The position numbers were made by a program, and so were the translations under genes. Shown here piece after piece: positions 9,071 through 17,308 of a DNA stretch of 47,494 bases. The first letter of the stretch is position 1, and each line of letters opens with the position of its first letter. The stretch is taken from the sequence record SRR2962707_3475. One strand, 5' to 3'. The notes under the pieces were generated by a model that worked only from the letters and a program-made list of their open reading frames with translations, did not search any database and was not told the DNA's origin.

Positions 9071-10657
9071 TCAGGCTTTCCGTCTGGCCGGGTTGGCGAA
9101 AAACAGGATCAGCACCGCCATGACCAGAAACGCCAGCGCAATCGGCGATTTCAGCAGGAACAGCGGGTCGCCCCCGGACGCCGAATAGCCGCCCCGGATC
9201 AGCTCTTCGAGCCGGGGTGACAGCAGAAACCCGATGACGAAAGGCAGGATCGAAATATCCAACCGGCGCAGCACATAGCCGATCAGGCCGAAGATCATCA
9301 CCACCCAGATGGCGACGAACCCGCCGTCCTGGGCATAGACAGCGGTCAGGGTGATCAGCAGGACGACCGGCAGCATGATCGATTTCGGAATTCTGGCCAG
9401 CACCCCAAGTGAGCGCATGAGCACACCACCGACGGTCCAGTTGAAAGCGTTGGCGATCACCATAAGCGTGAACATGGCAAAGGCGATGACCAGGTCCTTG
9501 TTGATGATGGTGCCGTACCCTTCGATCTCCTTGATCTCGGTGAACCGGAAGACCTGCGGACCCAGGGTGAAGTCGCCGACCGATTCCACGGCGAGGATAA
9601 TGAACACGGCAGCGAAGTTGCCGGGAATACCGAGGCTCATGACCGGGATCAGGTTGGCGCCGGACACCGACGAGTTGGCCGCTTCCGTCGCCGCCACGCC
9701 TTCGGGAATGCCGGTGCCGTATCTTTCCGGTTTCTTCGAGAACCGCTTGGCGAAGTCGTAGCCGAGGGTCGCCGCGAGCGTCGTGCCGATCCCCGGCAGG
9801 GCGCCGATCACGGTACCGATCAGCGACGACGAACAGATCACCGGCATGATGGTTTTGATATCGGCCCATCGAAAGCGGTTGTCGCCGTGGGCCTTGTTCT
9901 GAATGGGCTTTTTATTGGCGATCCGGTGGCGTGCCGCGTCCTCGATGCCGATGAAGACCTCGCCGACGATCAGCACACCCAGAATGGCCGACGACAGCGG
10001 CAAGCCATTGCCCAGTTCCGCAATCCCGAAGGTCATCCGGGGACCGTTGCCCGACAGGGTGGAGCCCATCAGCGCCAGCAGCATGCCGAGCACGCCGATC
10101 ATCAGGCCCTTGAGCGGCGCACTGCCGGCAACGGCTGCCATGAAGGACAGCGACAGAATAATCAGCGCCGCTTTCTCGGGCAGGTCGAGAACGCTTTCGA
10201 TCAGCACCGCAAGCACCGGCGCGGTCAGGAACAGCGCCATGTCACTGAAGGTATCGCCGCAGACGGAACTGAAATGAGACACCTTCAGCGCCTTCGGCCC
10301 CTGGCCGTTGAGCGCCATCGGATGACCGTCGAGCGTCGTCAGATAGGCATCCGGTGTGCCGGGCGTATTGAACAGAATGGCCGGGACCGCCCCGCCGACG
10401 GTCGCCCCCTTCATCAGGCCGATCAGGAATCCGAGGATCGGCAGCAAGGCATCATCACTGACCCCGAACACCCAGATCAGCACCGGCAACGACAGCGCCA
10501 TGGCGAAGGGGCCGTTGAGGCCGGGGGTCGCGCCGACGATGATGCCGACGATCAGCCCGGCGAACACCATGATCAGCGGCATCCAGTCCAGGCTGCCGTC
10601 CGACGCCGTAAACACATCGGCGATACCGCGCAGCACGTATTCGAGAACCAGTTCCAT
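9071..10657 (-). CDS. tctA: Tripartite tricarboxylate transporter large permease
   Basis: Multi-TM protein with GATPGL, ILFNTPGTP, TTLDGHPMA, GALPGIG and GIPG motifs. Confidence 0.9.
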   Translation of the reverse strand: MELVLEYVLRGIADVFTASDGSLDWMPLIMVFAGLIVGIIVGATPGLNGPFAMALSLPVLIWVFGVSDDALLPILGFLIGLMKGATVGGAVPAILFNTPGTPDAYLTTLDGHPMALNGQGPKALKVSHFSSVCGDTFSDMALFLTAPVLAVLIESVLDLPEKAALIILSLSFMAAVAGSAPLKGLMIGVLGMLLALMGSTLSGNGPRMTFGIAELGNGLPLSSAILGVLIVGEVFIGIEDAARHRIANKKPIQNKAHGDNRFRWADIKTIMPVICSSSLIGTVIGALPGIGTTLAATLGYDFAKRFSKKPERYGTGIPEGVAATEAANSSVSGANLIPVMSLGIPGNFAAVFIILAVESVGDFTLGPQVFRFTEIKEIEGYGTIINKDLVIAFAMFTLMVIANAFNWTVGGVLMRSLGVLARIPKSIMLPVVLLITLTAVYAQDGGFVAIWVVMIFGLIGYVLRRLDISILPFVIGFLLSPRLEELIRGGYSASGGDPLFLLKSPIALAFLVMAVLILFFANPARRKA

Positions 10658-10669
10658 CAGTTTTCCCGG

Positions 10670-11290
10670 TTAGTAATCGGCGTTGGGGGGCAGCAGGACG
10701 TTGGTCAGCAGCTGATCGAAAATGATGATCGAGACCACGATCACGGTCAGTACCGAGATGACGCCGACGCGCCGCACCCGACCCTCGGTCCAGGCAATCA
10801 GTGCGACCGTCATCAGGAACCCGCCGGTGACGTATCCGAGATATTTGTAGGGCGCCGTATCCGTCAGATAGCGGTACTCGACGTCGATCACGCCGAAGCT
10901 GCGCATCACCCACGCCGCGGCCGGCCCCAGTAAATACATAATAAGAAGTCCGGTGACGCAGATCGCCGTGAACAGGATCAGGAAGCGGATGTTGTCTTTG
11001 GTCAGATGCCCCTGCGCACCGGGACTGACCGGCGGCGATCCCCGCGTCAGGGACAGAAAAAGCTGCAGCCCGCTCAGCAGGGCCAGCGTGCCCGCCAGCA
11101 GGGTCGGAAAAAAAGCGTCGCCGGGTTCGGTCTTGCCGATCGGATTGACGAAAAAGAACCCGCCGCGCATGTCGTTCGGAAACCACAAGAAAATCGCCGC
11201 CAGCGAGGCGACGAAAATAACGGCGCCGAACCCGATATCCCAGGGGTCCGGCGCCGCATGTTTCTGATTGTCGGAAGCGTTCACGCTCAC
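10670..11290 (-). CDS. tctB: Tripartite tricarboxylate transporter small membrane subunit (long variant)
   Basis: Hydrophobic, PGDAFFP and C-terminal LLTNVLLP; lies between tctC and tctA; GTGA overlap with the tctC stop. Confidence 0.8.
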   Translation of the reverse strand: MSVNASDNQKHAAPDPWDIGFGAVIFVASLAAIFLWFPNDMRGGFFFVNPIGKTEPGDAFFPTLLAGTLALLSGLQLFLSLTRGSPPVSPGAQGHLTKDNIRFLILFTAICVTGLLIMYLLGPAAAWVMRSFGVIDVEYRYLTDTAPYKYLGYVTGGFLMTVALIAWTEGRVRRVGVISVLTVIVVSIIIFDQLLTNVLLPPNADY

Positions 11291-12225
11291 TTAACCAGTT
11301 TGACCAGTTCTTTGTTGGCTTCGAGGTTCTTTTTAAGCTGAGCCTCCAGCGCCGCACCGGACGTCATCAGCGGACCCGGGGGGTACTGCTTGGTGATGAA
11401 CTTGGCGGTTTTCGATTCCGGGTTATTCAGAACTTCGTGAATCGCAGCGGCGTAGGCGTCACGCGCTTCGTCGCTCATGCCTTTCGGACCGGCCAGCAGG
11501 AACTGGAAGCCGAGACCGGTTTCCATCACGCCGAGATCGATCAGCGTCGGCTGATTGGGCGCCTGTACCAGCGGCTTGGGTTCCGCGGATGCCAGGATCA
11601 CCAGTTCGCCCGCGGCGACCAGCGGTCCCTGTACACCACCGCCCCAACCGACATTGGCGTCCTTGGCGACCAGCGCGTTGATGGCGGATTTGCCGCCCTT
11701 GCCGCGCAGGTGGTTGACGGTGATGCCATAATGACGCGCCACCATTTCAGCACCGGCCTGAACCTGGTTGCCCCAGTTGGCCCAGACGATGTTGGTGCCG
11801 CTCTTGGCAGCCTTGACCATGTCGTCGAGCGACTTCCAGCCGCTGTCGGCACGTGCCAGCACGGCCATTTGCGAACCCGCCGTCATCGTGATGTAGGTGA
11901 AGTCATCGATCGAGATGTTCTCGTTGCCGATGGTCGCAAAGTCGAAGGTGGTGTTGATTGCGAGACCAACCGTCTGACCGTCGGCGGGTTCATTCTTCAA
12001 CTGCGCCGCCATCACGGCACCGCCGCCACCGGCTTTGTTTTCCGGGATGATGCGCCAGCCCTTAAGGGCTTCCAGTTCTTCGGCAAGGGCGCGGGCCTGG
12101 GTGTCGGTACCGCCGCCGGCGCCGAAGCCGATCCAGAACTTGATCGGGCCTTTGGGTGCCCATTCGGCGTGAGCCGGACCGGCAAACAGCGCAAGCGCTG
12201 CGAGTAAGGGTAAAAAGCGTTTCAT
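11287..12225 (-). CDS. tctC: Tripartite tricarboxylate transporter binding protein (Bug/TctC)
   Basis: Signal peptide MKRFLPLLAALALFAGPAHA, FGAGGGTD, ENKAGGGG and PADGQT motifs; start trimmed to the ATG with a GAGGAG RBS. Confidence 0.9.
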   Translation of the reverse strand: MKRFLPLLAALALFAGPAHAEWAPKGPIKFWIGFGAGGGTDTQARALAEELEALKGWRIIPENKAGGGGAVMAAQLKNEPADGQTVGLAINTTFDFATIGNENISIDDFTYITMTAGSQMAVLARADSGWKSLDDMVKAAKSGTNIVWANWGNQVQAGAEMVARHYGITVNHLRGKGGKSAINALVAKDANVGWGGGVQGPLVAAGELVILASAEPKPLVQAPNQPTLIDLGVMETGLGFQFLLAGPKGMSDEARDAYAAAIHEVLNNPESKTAKFITKQYPPGPLMTSGAALEAQLKKNLEANKELVKLVK

Positions 12226-12308
12226 TGACGTGCTCTCCTCTGGTTTGAAGTGTCGCTCATGTTTTGTTGGGTTCTCAAGTTTCTTCCGTCTTTTTTTATT
12301 TGTACCGA

Positions 12309-13088
12309 TTACATCCCGTAGGACTCGGTAATTTCGACCGGTCTGTGACCGGGCGGCAGCTGATAGCGCTGGAACAGGATCGGGACATCCTGAATGGTGA
12401 AATCCTTGATGTCCCAGACGGTACCTGTAGTGCCTTGCGGCAGAAGCAGATGCTGACATGCCTGTTCGTCCAGCGCACGGCAGCTGATGGCGTGTTCCAT
12501 ACGCACCGTCGGCAGATTGAAGCGGTCGATCAGCATGCGGTGCAGGGATGAGCCGTTGAGGTCCTCGATCGCCTGATCGAGATAGACCCGCCCATGCTCA
12601 TAGGTGAAATAGACGCTCGAATACGCCGGCGGCTGCTGATCGAACCACACCAGCCGGTCGACGCGCACGCACCTTTTGACCTGCAATGATTCCTGCCACG
12701 GTCCGGGGTTGCTATCCACATTCACGGCAAGGGTGCGCACAAACGGCATCATGTATTTGCCGGTATCGGGATCCCTGTAGCGGTAAACGAAGACTTCACT
12801 GACCAGCGAACTGCGATCGGCGATGAACGTGCCGGTGCGGCGATGGCGGACGACAAGGCCGTTGCTGACCAGTTGCGCCAGCGCCTTTTGCACGGTCCCG
12901 ACGCTGACCGGGAGCTTTTCCGCAAGCGACGTTTCCGTCGGCACCCGTTCGCCGGGCTTGAAGCAGCCGGAAATCACGCACTCGGAAAACGCTTCCACCA
13001 GACGCTGGTATTTCGGCATGCCGTTGGCGGGCATGCCGTCACCGACGGATTGCAATAGCGCATCGATGGCAATTTCCTGGGTCGACAT
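12309..13088 (-). CDS. GntR-family regulator, HutC/UTRA-type
   Basis: PGERVPTETSLAEKLPVSVGTVQKALAQL...GTFI winged helix; C-terminal region fits UTRA. Confidence 0.88.
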   Translation of the reverse strand: MSTQEIAIDALLQSVGDGMPANGMPKYQRLVEAFSECVISGCFKPGERVPTETSLAEKLPVSVGTVQKALAQLVSNGLVVRHRRTGTFIADRSSLVSEVFVYRYRDPDTGKYMMPFVRTLAVNVDSNPGPWQESLQVKRCVRVDRLVWFDQQPPAYSSVYFTYEHGRVYLDQAIEDLNGSSLHRMLIDRFNLPTVRMEHAISCRALDEQACQHLLLPQGTTGTVWDIKDFTIQDVPILFQRYQLPPGHRPVEITESYGM

Positions 13089-13118
13089 GCGGCTCCATAT
13101 ACTTAATAGTTTTAATTG

Positions 13119-13136
13119 ATATACTATATAGTATAT
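13119..13136. promoter_or_regulatory. Perfect 18-bp palindrome, probable operator of the adjacent GntR
   Basis: ATATACTATATAGTATAT equals its own reverse complement and sits in the 103-bp divergent intergenic region. Confidence 0.65.
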
Positions 13137-13191
13137 AAAATCGGATCACCGTCAACACGCTGTTTCACCAACCGGTACAAGGAAGCGACTT

Positions 13192-14079
13192 TTGAAAATC
13201 ACCCTTTTGGGGACCGGAACCCCCGCGCCTTCCCTGACACGCCAAAGCTCCGGCTACCTGATCGAGATCGGCAACGACGTCATCATCATGGACCACGGCC
13301 CCGGTGCGGCGCACCGTCTGCTTGAGGCCGGATGCCACCCGACCAAAGTCACGCACGCCTTCCTCAGCCATATGCATTACGACCACATCATGGACTATCC
13401 GCGTCTGGTCCTGCAGCGCTGGGACATGGGCGCCGGCAAGATTCCTGAACTGAAGGTCTACGGCCCGCAGCCGCTGGCGCGGATCACCGAGCGCCTGATC
13501 GGCGAGGACGGCGCGTTCGGACTGGATATCGAATCCCGCGTCTCGCATCAGGCCAGCAAGGACGTGTACGTATCGCGCGGCGGCGTGCTGCCCCGGGCCA
13601 AGCCGGCACCGGAAATCAATGAAGTCGCGCCCGGCGATGTCGTCGAGGGGGACGGCTGGCGGATCGTCGTCGGCGAGGCCGCGCATTTTCAGCCGATCAT
13701 GGATTGCCTCGGCTTCCGCCTCGAAACCGATGAAGGCACGCTGGTCTATTCCGGTGACAGCGGCGGCGTGCCGGACAGCATGGTCGAGCTTGCCCGCGAT
13801 TGCGACATGCTGATCCACATGTGCCATTTCGCCTCCGGGATGGAACCGACCGAGGCCTACCGGCTGGCCAGCGGCAATCACATGGATATTGCGGAAGTGG
13901 CAAAACGTGCCAATGTTAAAACGGTTGTGCTCACCCACTTCATCCATCTGCTCGACAGTCCGGGCGTTCTCGAACAACTGGTCACGGAAATGAAAACCGT
14001 CTTTTCGGGGAATATCATTATCGGCCGCGATCTGATGAAATTGTCACTGAACGTGGATTTGCCGCACCGGATCGACTGA
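13192..14079 (+). CDS. Metallo-beta-lactamase-fold hydrolase, RNase Z / AtsA (arylsulfatase-like) group
   Basis: LLGTGTP, DHGPG, SHMHYDH (HxHxDH), YSGDS and LTH motifs; TTG start with AAGGA RBS. Confidence 0.88.
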   Translation: MKITLLGTGTPAPSLTRQSSGYLIEIGNDVIIMDHGPGAAHRLLEAGCHPTKVTHAFLSHMHYDHIMDYPRLVLQRWDMGAGKIPELKVYGPQPLARITERLIGEDGAFGLDIESRVSHQASKDVYVSRGGVLPRAKPAPEINEVAPGDVVEGDGWRIVVGEAAHFQPIMDCLGFRLETDEGTLVYSGDSGGVPDSMVELARDCDMLIHMCHFASGMEPTEAYRLASGNHMDIAEVAKRANVKTVVLTHFIHLLDSPGVLEQLVTEMKTVFSGNIIIGRDLMKLSLNVDLPHRID

Positions 14080-14093
14080 ACAGGATTAACAAG

Positions 14094-15866
14094 ATGATCA
14101 AAGCCCGCCCCGTCGTACATGCCCAGAAATATGCCGTCTCGGCGGGGCACGCGCTCGCCACCCGGGCCGGGATGGAAATCCTCAAAGCCGGCGGCAATGC
14201 GGTCGACGCCGGGGTCGCGGCGGGACTGGCCATCGGCGTCCTGCACTCCGACCTCGTCAATTTCGCAGGCGTCGCACCGATCATCATCCGCATGGCGGAC
14301 AGCGACGAGACGGTCACCATCGACGGCCTTGGCGTCTGGCCGAAACGGGCGTCGGTCGACTATTTCGAACGCGAACACGGCGGCGCCATGCCGCAGGGGC
14401 TGATGCGCACCGTGGTGCCGGCGGCCCCGGCGTCCTGGATCGCCGCGCTGGAAAAGTTCGGGACCATGCGCTTTGCCGATGTCGCGCAGTTCGCCGCGAG
14501 CTATGCCCGCGACGGATTTCCCGTCTATCCGGTTTTCGCCGATTTCATCGCCACCAATGAAGCCGCGTACCGCCGGACCCCGGCGTTGCAGGACATCTAT
14601 CTGCCGAACGGCCGCCCGCCGAAAGTCGGCGAGACGTTTGTCCAGAGCGACCTGGCGGCGACGATCCAGTACATGATCGATCAGGAACAAGCCGCGGGCG
14701 GTGACCGCCTCAAGGGTCTCAAGGCGACGCGCGATGCGTTTTATACCGGCGACATCGCCCGCAAGATCGTCGATTACCACGCCGCCAACGGCGGCTTTCT
14801 CGGGGCCGACGATCTGGCCGACTTTCAAGTCCGTTTCGAAGCCCCGCTCAAGGTCAAATTCGGCGATGCGGAAATTCATACCTGCGGCGCATGGTGTCAG
14901 GGGATTTCGCTGGCGCAGGCCTTCAGGATGCTGGATGGCATCGATCTGTCCGGCCTCGAACACAATTCCGCCGACTATATCCATACCCTGACCGAGGTTT
15001 TCAAACTGGTGTTCGCGGACCGCGAGGCCTATGTCGCCGACCCGGCCTTTGTCGATGTGCCGGTCACGGAAATGCTGGATGAAAAGTATCTGGCGTTGCG
15101 GGCCGGGCTGATCGATCCCGGCCATGCATTCGACGCCATGCCGCCCGCGGGCGATCCCGTCAATATGCGGGCCGTGCTCGACGACGCGAGCGGAACCGCA
15201 CCGGATGCGGTGGACGGACCGGAAGCCGATCCGCATGACACACGTCCCGTCGACAAACATAAGATGGCCGACCCGGCCTCCGCCGACACGTCATATGTGT
15301 CGGTGATCGACGCCGCCGGGAACATGTTCTCGGCAACCCCCAGCGATACCTCCGCCGATACCGAGGTCATTCCCGGCACCGGGCTCTGCCCGTCATCGCG
15401 CGGATCGCAATCGCGCGGGATCAGGGCCTCGATCAACGCCGTGGCGCCGGGCAAGCGGCCCCGCCTGACCCCCAACCCGGCCCTGGCGATCAAGGACGGC
15501 AAGCCGCTGATGGTGTTCGGCACACCGGGCGGCGACGTGCAGATACAGGCGATGATCCAGGTCTATCTGAACTGCTTCCATTTCGGCATGGATATCCAGA
15601 AAGCCGTCGAAGCGCCGCGCTTTGCGACCTACAGCTTCCCGTCCTCATTCGCGCCGAACGCCTATTTTCCGGGCCTGTTGATGGTTGAGGAGAGCATCCC
15701 TGATGCCGTCGCCGAAGACCTCTCGGCCCGCGGCCACAAGGTCGAACGCTGGCAGGACGGCACCTGGAAAGCCGGCGGTGTGCTGGCGGTGGTGCGTGAT
15801 TCTGAAACCGGATTACTGACGGCGGGCGCCGATCCGCGCCGCGCCGGCACTGCAGATGGAATCTGA
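14094..15866 (+). CDS. Gamma-glutamyltransferase-family Ntn hydrolase (cytoplasmic, non-canonical)
   Basis: GGNAVDA, autoprocessing D|TSYVSVID, GTPGG and GADPRR motifs; no signal peptide. Confidence 0.9.
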   Translation: MIKARPVVHAQKYAVSAGHALATRAGMEILKAGGNAVDAGVAAGLAIGVLHSDLVNFAGVAPIIIRMADSDETVTIDGLGVWPKRASVDYFEREHGGAMPQGLMRTVVPAAPASWIAALEKFGTMRFADVAQFAASYARDGFPVYPVFADFIATNEAAYRRTPALQDIYLPNGRPPKVGETFVQSDLAATIQYMIDQEQAAGGDRLKGLKATRDAFYTGDIARKIVDYHAANGGFLGADDLADFQVRFEAPLKVKFGDAEIHTCGAWCQGISLAQAFRMLDGIDLSGLEHNSADYIHTLTEVFKLVFADREAYVADPAFVDVPVTEMLDEKYLALRAGLIDPGHAFDAMPPAGDPVNMRAVLDDASGTAPDAVDGPEADPHDTRPVDKHKMADPASADTSYVSVIDAAGNMFSATPSDTSADTEVIPGTGLCPSSRGSQSRGIRASINAVAPGKRPRLTPNPALAIKDGKPLMVFGTPGGDVQIQAMIQVYLNCFHFGMDIQKAVEAPRFATYSFPSSFAPNAYFPGLLMVEESIPDAVAEDLSARGHKVERWQDGTWKAGGVLAVVRDSETGLLTAGADPRRAGTADGI

Positions 15867-15869
15867 ACA

Positions 15870-16388
15870 ATGACCAACGCCGCCCCCGATAACGACACCA
15901 TGCATCAGGCCCTGGACACCTGTACCCGGACCATCGCCCAGGCCCCCGATGCCGACACCGCGTTTCGTATTGCCGAGAAAACGGCGGCGAACCTGATCGG
16001 CCACCGGCTGTTTACGGTCATGGCGTTCCACCGTGACACCATGGAAGTGGAGCGTTGCTATTCGAGCAACCCGGATAAATATCCGGCGGGCGGGCGCAAA
16101 CAGAAGCGCGACACCGCATGGGGCGATCAGGTGCTGACAAAGGGTGAGCCTTTCATCGGCCATAACGCCGACGATATCCGCGCCAATTTCAACGACCATC
16201 AGGTGATCCAGGACCTTGGGCTGGAATCCGTTCTCAACATGCCGATCAAGGCCGACGGCAAAACCCTGGGCACGATGAACCTGCTGGACAGGGCGGGGTA
16301 TTACACCACCGGGCATCTCGACATCGCGCGGACGATTGCCGGTGCCCTCGCGGCTGTGTTGCAGAACAGAAAACCGTCCGGCGAATAA
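15870..16388 (+). CDS. Stand-alone GAF-domain protein
   Basis: GHRLFTV...YSSNPDKYPAGGRK...LGLESVLNMPI...LGTMNLL pattern. Confidence 0.8.
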   Translation: MTNAAPDNDTMHQALDTCTRTIAQAPDADTAFRIAEKTAANLIGHRLFTVMAFHRDTMEVERCYSSNPDKYPAGGRKQKRDTAWGDQVLTKGEPFIGHNADDIRANFNDHQVIQDLGLESVLNMPIKADGKTLGTMNLLDRAGYYTTGHLDIARTIAGALAAVLQNRKPSGE

Positions 16389-16455
16389 CGGCGCCGCACG
16401 CGGGAAACCCAATTTTCCTGAATGGGAAGTGACGCGCGGCAACAACCGTAATCTC

Positions 16456-16542
16456 TCAGAACAACTGAAACTGCACCGGGACGGACAGCGTCAGCTCGGA
16501 CTGCTGGAAGTCGTCCGGGAACGGCGGCAGCGGCGCGGATCG
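16456..16542 (-). pseudogene. 3'-terminal remnant of a TonB-family (TonB_C) gene
   Basis: Minus-strand translation RSAPLPPFPDDFQQSELTLSVPVQFQLF*, with GC3-rich codons that change abruptly to AT-rich non-coding-like sequence above 16542. Confidence 0.65.
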
Positions 16543-16789
16543 AAGTATTTTGATTTGCTTTTTGAATATCTCATTATTCAATCTCGAAACGGCCCTTAAA
16601 TCGGCTTAAACGGGCTTGTAACCGTTAACAAATCGTCCTTCAGGCCGGCTTTTTCGGAACACGTGCAGTTCAAAGCAGGAAAATGCAGGGGTGAACGCGG
16701 ATGCTTGCGCCGCCGCAGGATGCACTTAACGTATGATGCGGCTATAAATATCTGCGGATGAAAAAACCTGCCCATGAAAGAGAGAAGAA

Positions 16790-17179
16790 ATGCCGACATC
16801 GAAAATTTACGGTCTGCGAAGCGAGATCGAGCCGGTTCAGGATGCCATGTCCGACGCCATCCATGATTGCGTGTCGGAAGCACTGCAGTTCCCCCGGGAA
16901 AAGCGGCTGCAACGATTCATCTTGCTTGATGAAAAAGATTTCCGGTACGGCGAAGGCCGAACAAGCAAGTACACCGTCATCGAAATCGCGATGTTCGAGG
17001 GGCGCAGCACCGAAACCATCAAAGGCCTGATCAACATGCTTTATGAACGCGTCCCCGCCGCGACCGGCATCCCGCGCGAGATGATCGACATCACAATCCA
17101 CGAAATCCCGAAAACCCGGTGGGGATTGCTGGGCCGATTGGGGGATGACCAGGATCTGGGCTATACGGTTTCTGTCTGA
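16790..17179 (+). CDS. Tautomerase superfamily protein (4-OT / MSAD-like, 129 aa)
   Basis: Pro directly after Met (catalytic Pro-1); IEIAMFEGRS and ITIHE...WG motifs. Confidence 0.88.
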   Translation: MPTSKIYGLRSEIEPVQDAMSDAIHDCVSEALQFPREKRLQRFILLDEKDFRYGEGRTSKYTVIEIAMFEGRSTETIKGLINMLYERVPAATGIPREMIDITIHEIPKTRWGLLGRLGDDQDLGYTVSV

Positions 17180-17308
17180 GGCCGGCACCCGGGCGGCAAG
17201 ACAGAACCTCATCCCGGGATATCTTGCCGAAACGATGCAACCGGTTTATGCCGTAAGTCCTTCCCGCCGACCTCCTTGCCAAGAGACCGACGCTCCCCAA
17301 CAGACTGA

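Noticed and set aside
8871-9869. 332-aa alternative-frame ORF over tctA, including a possible 32-aa peptide (8871-8969) whose stop overlaps the dioxygenase ATG
   Set aside because: Arg/Gly-rich off-frame composition, no RBS for the short peptide, and the dioxygenase has its own AGGA RBS; probably chance.
13192-14079. Calling the MBL protein tRNA-processing RNase Z or a beta-lactamase
   Set aside because: The catabolic operon context argues against a housekeeping role; only the fold and the HxHxDH motif are supported.
13878-15260. 460-aa antisense ORF, and similar ones at 7025-8005, 9887-10933, 19805-21142, 30523-31572 and 37237-38454
   Set aside because: Shadow ORFs opposite well-supported genes, expected from GC-rich codon bias; no recognisable motifs.
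16336-16599. 87-aa plus-strand ORF, and AATCTCTCAG resembling a glycine riboswitch word
   Set aside because: The ORF is the antisense frame of the tonB-like remnant; the other riboswitch elements (GGAGA, CCGAAG) are absent.
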